Part shown: in pieces, positions 1 through 12,000 of the stretch
Numbering within the stretch: the first letter of the stretch is position 1
Layout: each line of letters opens with the position of its first letter
NCBI GenBank assembly: GCA_002633005.1
Contig: NMRA01000205.1
Location: forward strand, 171,645-235,644
Reading direction: 5' to 3'
DNA: 64,000 nt
Source of the DNA: Phoronis australis
Lineage: Eukaryota > Animalia > Phoronida
Made by a program: the position numbers and the translations under genes
The notes under the pieces: generated by a model
Told to the model about the DNA's origin: nothing
What the model saw: only the letters and a program-made list of their open reading frames with translations
Database searches by the model: none

Positions 1-928
1 CTAACGTTTGTAAGGAACTTAGGGGGGAGGTAGAGAATAGTTTACGTGACACGCGATTGCGCTCTCGTGTCACGCCAGCTATTAAGGCGTCCTCACGTTT
101 GCGCAGCACATTTCTACACAAAACCAGATAAGTGCTGGTGAGTTCTTTTATTTGTCTATTTTCTGGCGCATACGTGTATTAGCCGTTATTATTAGTTATC
201 ATTCGTTGTTTATAGAGAGTTCAATTCACAGTATTCGTATATTCATTTTGTATGTTTCAGACGGACATTCGTCTTGCTTAATAAAGCATCGTTAGAAAAA
301 CCCGAGGGTTATTGTCTAGTGGAGCGATCTTCTGCGTCAGCTTTAGGCGCCATGAAATATTGCGTCACCTATTGGCCAGTTTCTTTTCTTTGCCGATTCT
401 TCAAACAACTGTTTTTCTTCGACGAGGTTGCATAGATGTTACAACAAATTATCGGAAGTGGTTTCATTTAGTTACAAGGTTTTGGTATTTTAATGCCAGG
501 AAATCGAATTTCAGAATCAAGTTTGCTGCTGCGAAGCGTTTATCATCTCCCGAGAGATGTCGCAAACTTTCAGGAAATGGCGCGTGCGCGTGACACGAGC
601 GTACTGCTTTCAAAACGATGAAATACTTTTCACTGTTATAAAAACAAAGAATTACACAAAAAATGACGTTTATTAGATTGAACTAAAATGCATCCTGCAA
701 TGGACAGATTTATTGTGTCGGTGTCATTTCATATTCAAGCCAAAAGTACAGTAGGGGCAAGACTGAATATTTTTCCTCTTAATAATAGGTGAGCATTGTA
801 ATGAGACAATAGACCCTGACTGCGATTAGGAACTCTTCAAAATGTCCATTCCTGCACCTTATCGCTAACTTTATTTTTCTTAATCTGAAGTTGAAGATTT
901 TTATGCCAACTCATTATTGCTTCAATAT

Positions 929-1271
929 TACATTGAGTGGTGTTCGAGCTGTAGCGTCTGTTTAATACATTGAGTAGTGTTCGAGCTGTAGTGTCTGTTT
1001 AATACATTGAATGGTGTTCGATCTGTAGCGTCTGTTTAATACATTGAGTGGTGTTGGAGCTGTAGTGTCTCTTGAATACATTGAGTGGTGTTCGAGCTGT
1101 AGTGTCTGATAGCGTCTGTTTAATACATTGAGCGTTGTTCGAGCTGTAGTGTCTGTTTAATACATTGAGTGTTGTTTGAGCTGTAGTGTCTGTTTAATAC
1201 ATTGAATGGTGTTCGATCTGTAGTGTCTGTTTAATACATTAAGTGGTGTTCGAGTTGTAGTGTCTGTTTAA
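929..1271. repeat. 37-bp minisatellite, ~9 copies
   Basis: Unit TACATTGAGTGGTGTTCGAGCTGTAGTGTCTGTTTAA recurs every 37 bp (929, 966, ...) with few variants. Confidence 0.95.
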
Positions 1272-2274
1272 TTCCTGTCGCTCTTTCTTGACTGGTAAGC
1301 ACGGCCGATCTGTAACATTGTAAGCTAATAGGCACTACAAGACTGCTACCTTAATTTTCACACTAAATCCATGTGTAATGTGCGCAGTTGTTCAGTTAGT
1401 CTTATCAGGTTTACACTTAGTTTCTTTAAAAATGAAATTCAAGGCTCCTACTACATGGAACTAGAAGGATTCAAAGATTGCCGACTGAAGCTGTTGCGTG
1501 GCTCCTCAGGGGCGAAAAATCATGACAGATCGCCACCCTTCAAGCAACAAGTGATTATAGATTACGAGGCTGCCATCAAACACGTCTTCGACATTTGTCA
1601 TATAGCTAAAGGTACGGTGATATACAAAATCGTTTATCGTTGAAAGTTGGCAAATTTTTTGGAGAATTACCGTTATTTTTCGTCTGATTTCCTTTAAAGA
1701 TTTTCGCTATAACTTAATGAAGCTAGCCCGACTTTGGCAAGATTCATCAACTGTGTTTGTTATCTACTGCAACCTAACTTTATATGAATTGTGCGGCAAT
1801 ATACTTTAAAGTGTTGGGGTTGTAATTGAAATGTTTAACAGTGTATGTTTATTAACACTCAGATTACCTTTAGCTGAAATATTCTGTGTTGCGTTCATCA
1901 ACGCAGAACACGAGTGACTTCATAATTGTCAAATTACGTGTATAAAGAACAATTGGGATGTGCTTTTGAAGTGGCTGGGGTTCAAAGCAAATTATTCACA
2001 TTGCATTGCTGCTCTATCCTGGCTACAGCCCTCCATACACGAGAGAATTATTTAGACTAAAAATAACAATCAATACATTGTCCTTTCTTTTTACGTGACC
2101 TGTTCAAAATTTTCTAACTGCAATATTGTTCAGGCTTTTGCAACCGATTCTTTATTACAATGAAAATACTGGCAGGGCATGTGCGGTAGAAGGTGATGGT
2201 AACTCCAAGCGGAGTATGGCATTTCCACGAGGACGTAGGGGAAAGGCTGCAATAAAACTTGCATGATGTCACAG

Positions 2275-2585
2275 CAGGGGCGGATCCAGGATTTTGAGTT
2301 AGGAGGGCCAGGGCACAAGACTAACCAGAATTTCGGCAGCTGCGCGCTCCCAGCCTCAATGTAGGGATGCAGGGGTCTCAAATCTTTGGGTTTGCGGACC
2401 TTTTGACTAAAAAAAAAACGGTAAACGGGGTTTGTTCAGGGCCTATACATTGTTTATTAACCCCCCGAGCCCCCTGGTTGCGCGCGTGTGCTAGTCAGCA
2501 ATTTGCACCCGAACTGCCAAATGGTATCTGGTATAATTTTAGGGGGTCATGGCCCCCTTGTTCCCCCCTCCTAAATCCGCCACTG
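2275..2585. mobile_element. hAT-type MITE with 5-bp TSD (CACAG)
   Basis: Termini CAGGGGCGGAT...ATCCGCCACTG; CACAG at 2270-2274 and 2586-2590. Confidence 0.8.
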
Positions 2586-2854
2586 CACAGTGCGTGAAAT
2601 TAACACGATCAAAGATACATGCAACAACACAGACTTCCTTGAACGGATAGATTCGGATTCGCAAGACACCATACCTTGTACATGGCAGCGTAACAACGAT
2701 CTTGTTTGATGTCATTTGAAGAACAACGGCACTTAAGAAACGTCACAATCTGTCTAGTCCAAGACTTAATTTTACTTTGGCGTATATCAGAAATACACAA
2801 ACAACACGCTAAATTCTGGACATCTCCGGTCAAAGTTCATGGATCTGGCGTGTT

Positions 2855-3003
2855 TTAATCGTATCCTATAATGCTGGACTCCCTTCTTTTCTCCCACTTT
2901 GCAATGCACCGCAAAGGAATACATATCGCCCCTGCTACGGTCAGTGTTGCCCCAGCCACGTAAAATGAAATATCATACGTACCGGACATGTCGTAAATGG
3001 CAC
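2855..3003 (-). CDS. MCT last coding exon (TM12 and C-terminus)
   Basis: Acceptor cttttag|GT GCC ATT TAC; [18 protein letters not shown]...IIGYD*. Confidence 0.92.
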
Positions 3004-6000
3004 CTAAAAGTATAAGACATTTATTTAACCGAAGGATAATCAAAATACTGATGTACAAACATGTTTCATTTCATCGATTCAATGATCTCAAGAAACACAA
3101 AAACGTGCATCTTTTCATGGAAAAACAGTGTAGTGGTTCAATAATAGAAAATTGCACACTATGGTGGCTACGATTAAACCCGCCTCCCGTTCATTAACGG
3201 TAGAACCTCGCTAAAAGCAAGACTTCGCGAGATTTCGTGAGATATTGCTTTGTATTTTACGTGACTTTGGCTAGATTTTAGCTAGGACAGTCCTACCGTA
3301 GGTCCTAGCGTTACTGAACGCACACGGCCAAGTAGAGAATTTTTTATTTAGACCACTTACCGCTGTAAAATTAGTCTCCCACTATTTAGATGAGATGAGA
3401 TTCCCAGGCTTGCAAAGAACTGACAGTTCGGTATTCGTCGAGACTGCCATGGTTAACAAAAAAACAGACTGCGACAAACCAACTTGTAGAACTTGAACTT
3501 AATAAACTCCAGTTCTTTAGAACCCTCGAACCCATCTCCAATTTGACTAAGGAACAATTTTACAACGATTTTGCAATACCAATTGAGCTAAATCACAAGG
3601 AAAGCAGTGGCATGCTGGTTCCCTGGGTGTCCGTTAGGCTAAAGGGCACGCGTTCTCTTCTCCCTAGCGGACATGGAGGGAGCCAGCGAGGTTGGTTGGT
3701 ATGTGTTCGGCATTTTTCAGTTCCTTTCAAAGGACCTAGGTCTAGACATGGAAAGAACTCAGCTACCTGTAGTTACTGATCGCTGAGACGAAAATCAGCA
3801 GTTTTGGAGAAATGTGAACCTCCGAAGTACAACTTAAGCAAGTTCTTAAAGGCGAAGGCAACCTTTTTCCATGTCATTTTGAGCTAAAATAAGGTTGGTT
3901 GGTTATCCTAGACATATTTTTCACTTAATTACAGCTTTTCGTAATTTTATTAATTACTCGTCCGCTTTTCCGGAAGTGACGTTTTAGGAGGCAAGCGCTT
4001 CCCGCCACTTGGTTTTGCGTTGAGCTTACTGTGCGAATCTGTTCTATTCTACTTTTGTTTTGTGCTATTTTTCACCAATTGTCGCCACCACTTTCCATCG
4101 GCGAGCATTCTGCGGCAAGATAGGTTAGTAGAGAACTCAACTGCGTTGGATTTAGGGATTGTTTAGTGTGTTGTAAGCTGAAAATGGCTGGAGTCGGTGA
4201 CCCGTATCACAGTGACAGTAGTGTGAGTGACGGAGACCTTGTTCACAGCAGTGGTGACGAGGAATTTTTTCACGGACATTCAGTGGGTGGGTACATGTTT
4301 GAGCCCGAGTACAACGAGGCAGAGTACACACAGGCACAGGCAGCTGTTGAGAGAAACGAGGCGGCTACTGAAGACAGACGTGGTGACACATCTTGGTGCA
4401 AATGCACTGTGTGCGTTGTTATGCCTACCTCAATTGAATGCTTGTGCTGTTCCGAGTTCCACATCAATTATCTTTTTGGTCTCTTCCTCCATTAGAGTGT
4501 ATGTGGTATACTTGGCGGACCGCCCTGGTGAGTCAGACAAGTTCTCCTTCTCCATGAATTCCGCCACCAACTCGAGATGTTGTGACATGTATGCGTCATT
4601 GACAACTGGTATTAAATAGGAATTCTGAATGTTGTTGAATGTTGTTTTCGAAAAAAAACTTGACTTTTCCAAAGTCCATCATTGTCTTCACCGACTGAAA
4701 CGTGTTTCCAGTGAAGAGCACACCACTGGACATGGTTAAGTGGACCTCCGGCATACCACGGACAGAGGAACAACTGTCCCACTTGCCAGAGTGTCCCGTG
4801 ACACACTCCCACTGGATGGTGACCTGAGCACCCAAACTGCTTACATTGTGTCGTGTGACTCCCTCGCCACACACCTGGCACCTTCTAAATAGCTCCAACA
4901 CTTTAGACAAGTCCACAATAAACTTATCAAAGTTTGGCTCACCGATCTGTTCACTGGACGACGAACTGTCCTCTTCACTGGGTGTCGAACTGGGCCTGTA
5001 ATCACTCCCACTACTCAATATCGCTGCAGGGCTGCTTAGAGGCTCTGGGCTGGAGAAAACAGCACAGGGCGAATCACTACTGGTTCCAGGAATTGCACGC
5101 TCTGGGGTACGTTCGGAGGCACGGGTGACAGTAGATGAAGTGCCTCCACTGGCTCCAGTCACTGTACTGGCCACAGCTCGCGAGGCTTCTCGCTTCAAAA
5201 ACGCACTTCTCGGGGGTGGCGACGGGGCACTGCCGGGAATCAACACAGACGGAATGGCATCCTTCTTCAAGCGTTGTTTCGCGGGGACCTTCATCAGTTC
5301 AGCGTACAAATCCCTTTCGTAATCGGACGGCAGAAAGTGCTTGCCACACACACGGTAATTCTCCACTGCTTTGTACGTTGCGTGGACGGGTAACGCTGCG
5401 TTCTTCACACGAACGAGCCAAGTACGGCGAAGTGTGTCATCCATCGGAAAGCGATGCAAAGGCACTCCCAAAGCGCGCGTGAGCCGATAATTACTACATC
5501 CCGGTACGCAGCAACAGTGTGGCATGTTGACTGACTAGTAAATGAAAGCGAACGACGACGGAACTTAACACAACCAAGGTAGAGCAATGACTGACTCGGC
5601 AGCTCTCACAGTCAGACTATGTGAAAAGAAATAGGCGGGAAGCGCTTGCCTCCTAAAACGTCACTTCCGGAAAAGCGGACGAATAATTAATAAAATTACG
5701 AAAAGCTGTAATTAAGTGAAAAATATGTCTAGGATAACCAACCAACCTTATTTTAGCTCAAAATGACATGGAAAAAGGTTGCCTTCGCCTTTAACTTGTG
5801 CATTCTCAAGAATGGAGAGCTGAACCCGAGGTCTCATCTCTGTACTCAAAACTCGACACATAGAACGCTTCGATTAAGTTGCAAATTTGCACTCGAATCT
5901 TGCGATGTGATTGGTTACGTTTCAAGTCTGAAGCACCGTTTATATGATGCTGCTTATTCATGAGCGTACTTTTCAGTACGGCGTGTATTTTTGTCATATA

Positions 6001-9000
6001 CCCACATATATTTTCGTCTTATGACCCAAGTCCGATGGGTTTTACGCAGGTGAGTTTTCTTTTATTAGTAATACGTTCGAGCAATTCTTGACAAAACGAG
6101 AAGGCTTAGATAAGGGCTGTTGCCATTTGGCAGTTTTCAAACGTACCGTTCTTTGTCTTCAAAATGCCCAAGAACTGCAGTTTTGTCACCACCAGTCCCG
6201 AGCAAGGCAATTACATGTACGCTGTACTATTAGAGTCTTCTCGTTTTATTAGTAAATGTTGGTTATTGTTTCTTCACTTTTAAATTTAGATACAGTAATG
6301 CTTGCAAATATTACTTCTTTTATCCATGGCAACGCGATGCAAATTTTCATTAACGCATGGGTGCATATCACTGTGTACGTTGTTGATTTACGTACGGTTG
6401 TAAAAGCGTGGTGAATAAACGGGACTTGAGTCTGATTCGAGTTCAGAGATTAGACCGTCGGCGCAATTACATCAATATAGCACGCGTTAGCCCCTTCATT
6501 CTGGTGTTGTACATGTTTGACAAGTGGTTTCGGCAGATTCATATTTCTTCAATGTCAAAGCTGTTCAGTTATCAAGTGCAACCAATAGACGTTGAAGTAT
6601 TCAACGTCTGAATGAAAGCTGTCACTCAAGATACGTGTATTATCGTTTTGTATGTTTCCGTATAAGCAGTATAGATTTATGCAGATGACAAGAAACCATT
6701 TTGCATTACGTCTTTTGAGAACCAAGCGCCATCAATTGGCTACCTGCAATGGGCACACCGATGAATGATGACAATCCTTGGAAAAGCGTGACTAATCCAA
6801 ACGCGTTGGTGAGTTTTTCCAACCCCAGAAGTTCAACAATGACGATGGAACGCAACGACACAAACACAGCTAAAATTAAAGAGATACATGAATCCTATAT
6901 ATTCTAGCTGCCATTTGATATTTTGACGAATTATTTTAACTCCGAACAAAATTTATGTAAAGTCTAGTCTTACTAATACACCAAGCTAATAAATAAGACA
7001 TTTCCTCCCTTAGTTTGTCGTTTAAAGAATTTGCAAGAGAGGTCGGGTTTGTAAGGAGGCACTGTGCAGTTCTTTATGGGTTTGCCTGGCAGTGCTGACG
7101 TCATTGCACTTACTGATTTTCTTCCACTTTTCCGAAAACGTAATGAACAAAACCAGAAGTTGTGAGTCATTTCATCTCAATCATGCTACACATGATCATA
7201 GAAGATTCATTCTGCCTCACGTCATTTGCCCTTTCACTTACGCCAAAAATGAAGGCAGGTTCAGAAAAAGGTGGCGAACAACTTATAATTGACAGTTCCA
7301 TTCCAAAACCACCAATTCCTTCCTAATGTTCGACACGAGCCAACAAATTCTCAATGCAAACGTATTACAGATTCCACGAATGTGATCCAAATATGCTACC
7401 ATTCAATCATTTTTGCAATTCAGGTTTTTTGGGGGGCGGTTATCAGTAACTGCACTATTGTGTTTCACTACACTTCAAAAAAATGGGGAATTCATACAGC
7501 TGAGCTAATGAACGTCTCTGATTCACAAACGCAAGCAAACCAGATTCGTTGATTCTTTGAGCAACTTATACTTTAACATGGCCATCAAACTTGGCCTACC
7601 CCAAGCAATTAATTCCTACGAAGTGCAGCTTTGCCGAGATTATAGTCTAACTGTACAGTGTCACCTTTGGGTTGTAAGGCATTTTACTTATATATTACAA
7701 AGGGGTACATTGGACTTGAATTAAGTAAAGCGTAACCTTTAGAATGTGCAGTGTCTGTTTAATTCGCTTTTGCTTTTCGAGGACCAAATTCTAAGACATT
7801 GATATTTGGAAGTGCTTCTTTAAATTCTAACTATACAGTGTGGTATCACGTTACTGCAATAACAATTAAAGTATGAACTTCCACAGTAAAAACAATAAAT
7901 TAAATAAACGGCTATGGTACAAGAATCTGGTGACGTTTTATTGTTTTATACCTATGCTTGCTCCGAAGACAGCACTGTATGTCGCCAATAATTCGTAGAC
8001 TTGGCAAAAAGGCACTAGCATTGTAGACACTCCTCCAATTATCAATGCTATGTTGTTTATAAGTAAGCAATCCACCCACGGTCTGTCGGATAACCATCCA
8101 GCTCCAACACGAGCTACGGTATTTGCAATTCCGATGATTGACACCAGAAAGGCGGCTCTGTCGTTGTCTATACCCAATTCCGTGGCGTTGTCAGGGAGGT
8201 AAACGAAGGGCACGAAAAAGCCTTGAACAAATAAAGTAACCAAGAGAATATCGGAAGTAAAGTTGCCTTTTATCGGCAACTGGCGCAAGTTACACTTTTG
8301 CTTAAACTTGATTTTCCATTTTCGCCGAGCCACCAACTATAGAGGAAAAAACACGCCGCGCCTGACCAGTCGATGAGTGTTTAGCGAATGCTCTATAACA
8401 AACCCATTCAGAGTGAAACAAACGCTTTTTGAAATGCTTCGTTTCTCTCGGCGCTGTTCATCCCGCCAACCGGGTGTACATGTATTTCATTGTACCGGGT
8501 TCAGATGTGGAGTTTTATGTAAGAAGACAGATTAGGTTGCTAAAGCTAATTAGCTTACCTGAAATCTAACGTATCGAAGAGACGAATCGAAAAGGCATCA
8601 GATTGCGCCGACGTTTTAGTTATTGTAAACACACACTAGGTAGGAGTTCTCGAAGACAAATTTCAATAAATACTTGAGTGCCTATTTTGTGGCGAACTCT
8701 CTTCAGTTCATTTCCTTCGCGTTGCCTGAATAACAGCCGACTCCCAAGAAGCAGGCTTGTATTGTTTGCTGTTTTGATATAGTCATTCCAAATCTCAGTT
8801 TATAATGATGATATTTTTGTACGACTTTTCTACAAATAAAGATTTTTTGTCATGTGAAATGCAACCTCTGAATCTACTATACTTCGAAAAGCTAAAACAT
8901 ATCACGGCGACTTCAGTTACGAGATTGTAGACCGGCTAGCCATGGGATTTTTTTTTTCAGAGTAGATGTCGCTACTTGTGGAAGAACAAAAACCAAATCA

Positions 9001-12000
9001 CCTGACCGAGTGAAAAAAACTAGTGATTAAGTCACGATTATACCCTCGGGAAGACACCGGTGTATAATTGCAAAAGCAATCCTCCAAATTTCCATCCGTT
9101 GGCGGGTCTACTCGATAACGAAACACTGAAAGGCTGACGTGCGACTTGAAGTAGGCCGGCAACAGTAGCCCTACTGCACACTGTAGTTTGGTCACTCTAA
9201 TTTCCTTGATTGGATTTGTACGCTTGAAAATCTTTTGGTTCTTCTATACACGTTCGTACGTGGAGTTGAAATCATTTCATGCATTTCTACACGTGTTTAG
9301 CACGTTGACTTCGTCTACATATATATATGTTTGATACCCAAGCCCTTTATAATTCAAATTGCTGAGTTTTCCACCGGAATCTAACTGACGAAGAAATCAG
9401 AGTAAAGAAGCATTCGTCGTCGTGTAATATATGCAAACCAAGTACATTTACACAGTAATACCTCGATATGTCAGATTATATAGGCCTTCAGCCTCGGGCA
9501 ATAATTTCATAGCATCTGAGCGACGTAATGCACATATTTTGTATTTTTTTACATTGGCTTATGTATATGAAGTACTTACCAGTCATACAGAGAAAGCAGG
9601 AAATGCCATAGATTAGAAATGTTAAACTTTTGAGCAATGAGAAATCCATCGCCGTCCGAATGGTGTCGCTGCAAGCATTTGTGGCCTCGAAACATCCCTT
9701 CTGGTTGTCTACATTCTGACTACTTATATTTTCATCTGGTATTCTGGTGACATCTTCGATATATTCCTTCAAATTTCGATGTGACTGAAATTCCGGAAGA
9801 TTCTTAATGCTACCACTGTAGAAAATATCTCGCCTGTACATGGGACGTAGTAGTTCCATTTGAGTTCTTTTGTTAGTTTCCTGCTTCCGTGATGTGTCAA
9901 CTTTAAGCAGTTGAGGCTGACTTTTAAAGCATTGAGTGACACCTTCAGTGTTACTTATTAACGATGGCAGATAACTACAAGAACGACTTGACTTGTTTTC
10001 CACAGCGTCTAACGCAGGTGAATTTGCATGTACGGGTGACAATAATTTTAAATTTTCGCTGAGCTGCTTCACTCCTCTGTCATTTGATTGTATACATGTG
10101 GTCGCCTCGGTTGTGTCGTATTCACCATTGGTATCGTCGTCGCCTGCACTTGGGCTTAAGTCTGCGCTCAATGGCCGGAAGAGGGCGCCCATGAGAACTC
10201 CATTAAGGACTAATCCTGACATGATCAAAATGGCTCCCCTCCAACCGTAATTATCTAAGAGAAGTGTCGACAAGGGCGCAAAAACGAAAGCGCCGATTCC
10301 CGATCCGCATACAGCCACGCCTGTCGCCATTGCCCGTTTGTTCTCAAAATAGTACCCGACCATGACTATCGAAGGCAGGTACATCAAACCGAATCCAATT
10401 CCTAGAATGAAATCAACAGAACTCAGAATGTTATCGAAACATATTTAAAAAATACACAAATTGTGAGCTCTTGTAGCTGAGGTCTTCCTGGCTTCCTCAG
10501 GAAGTCGCAGGAGCTTTTGGAGAAAGTAGTCGGAATTGGCAATCTTCTACTCGCCCCCGTACGGCTTTTACACATAACGTGGTCTAGGCAAATAACTGTA
10601 CAAGAGTTACAGTCATAGAATTTTCTTGGGTTCCCGTAACAGTTTTACAATAGAACATGCCGGTTAGGTATAGTAACATCTGTAAAACAATGCGTGCAAT
10701 CAGGCCTACTGCCGTATACAATGCGTGCAATCAGGCCTACTGTATACAATGCCTGCTGTCAGGCCTACTGTATACAATGCGTGCAGTCAGGCCTACTGTA
10801 TACAATGCGTGCAGTCAGGCCTACTGTATACAATGCGTGCAGTCAGGCCTACTGTATACAATGCGTGCAATCAGGCCTACTGCCGTATACAATGCGTGCA
10901 ATCAGGCCTACTGTATACAATGCGTGCAGTCAGGCCTAAGTTATACAACAATATCCAGGACGGTAGCTGGTGGAAACGAACACAGCGCCTCACGTATGAA
11001 GAGATAACCGCTGCAAACGAGGTGAGAATGAAAGTCATTAGTTAACATTCATACTTCACACTCTGCCGCTAACACTTTAATAAACTGTAGGCAAGTCAAA
11101 ATTTTAGACGCTACCGGCTTTGCTAAAATTAGGTCTACGGCAGCTCATAAGAGGGTCCCTGTTGACTTTTCGCAGTACATATTCATTTTTTTCAACAGAC
11201 ATCGAATGTGCACGCCTACTGTGTGCATTTTAGACCTGCATACAATGACTTACTACTTTTCAATATACATTTATCATTCTGTTGGCCTTGTCTCTTGTTC
11301 TTTACTTACCGCTCATTGCACCATAAAGAAATATTAGAACGTCAACAGATGGCGACAGCGTACTCAGCGCAAACGAGATTGCCGACAACAGAGCCCCCGC
11401 AATACAAACAGCACGACATCCGAATTGATTACACAATGCACTGGCAATAGGACCTGAAAGGTACGTTAGAAAGTTATTTTTATATTGATCAATCAATAAA
11501 TCGTTTTCTTGTTTAGTGTAAAAGGCAAATAGAAAAAACAAGACGTGATTTCGTGATATCAAAAGTTAGTAGCACCAACTTTTCTGTCAACTCGAACGTA
11601 CCATGCCACATAAAACGTACACGACGGTGTCCCATTGCACCTTCTATTGACGGAAACAGTTTATTCGCTATACTAGAAGCTCTGATCGATGAAGGGATAT
11701 TTTAAAGACTAGTTTCCAGCGAATGACAGACTAAAGTTTCAGATACCTGTCAGGACTTGATGTCGCGTAATACGTACGTGGTGAAATAGGCACGTTGCAG
11801 GTTCTGCTATATCTTTTAAGATATTTAAAAATCGCAGAGGACTCGTTGGTATGACGTCACTTTCGACCACGTGACAGCTGTTCAGTATTTGCATTGTGTT
11901 CTGTCGGTACTCGACAATAAAAGACAGGTCGAGTCTCATAAAATTGCGAGTCTACGACAATAGTGCGTGAATATTGCCGGTTTGTTTTTACAATATCAAG

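Larger units (their letters stand above)
3850..5790. mobile_element. Kolobok DNA transposon, internally deleted (1941 bp), in the last MCT intron
   Basis: 157-bp TIRs (3850-4006 and 5634-5790, one mismatch), AG...CT termini, TTAA on both flanks (3846-3849, 5791-5794), two convergent ORFs. Confidence 0.92.

Noticed and set aside
9-446. Possible solo LTR (TGT...ACA with AATAAA)
   Set aside because: No TSD, no second copy, ends ambiguous.
10657-11045. Three overlapping repetitive ORFs
   Set aside because: By-products of a stop-free 28/31-bp minisatellite inside an MCT intron.
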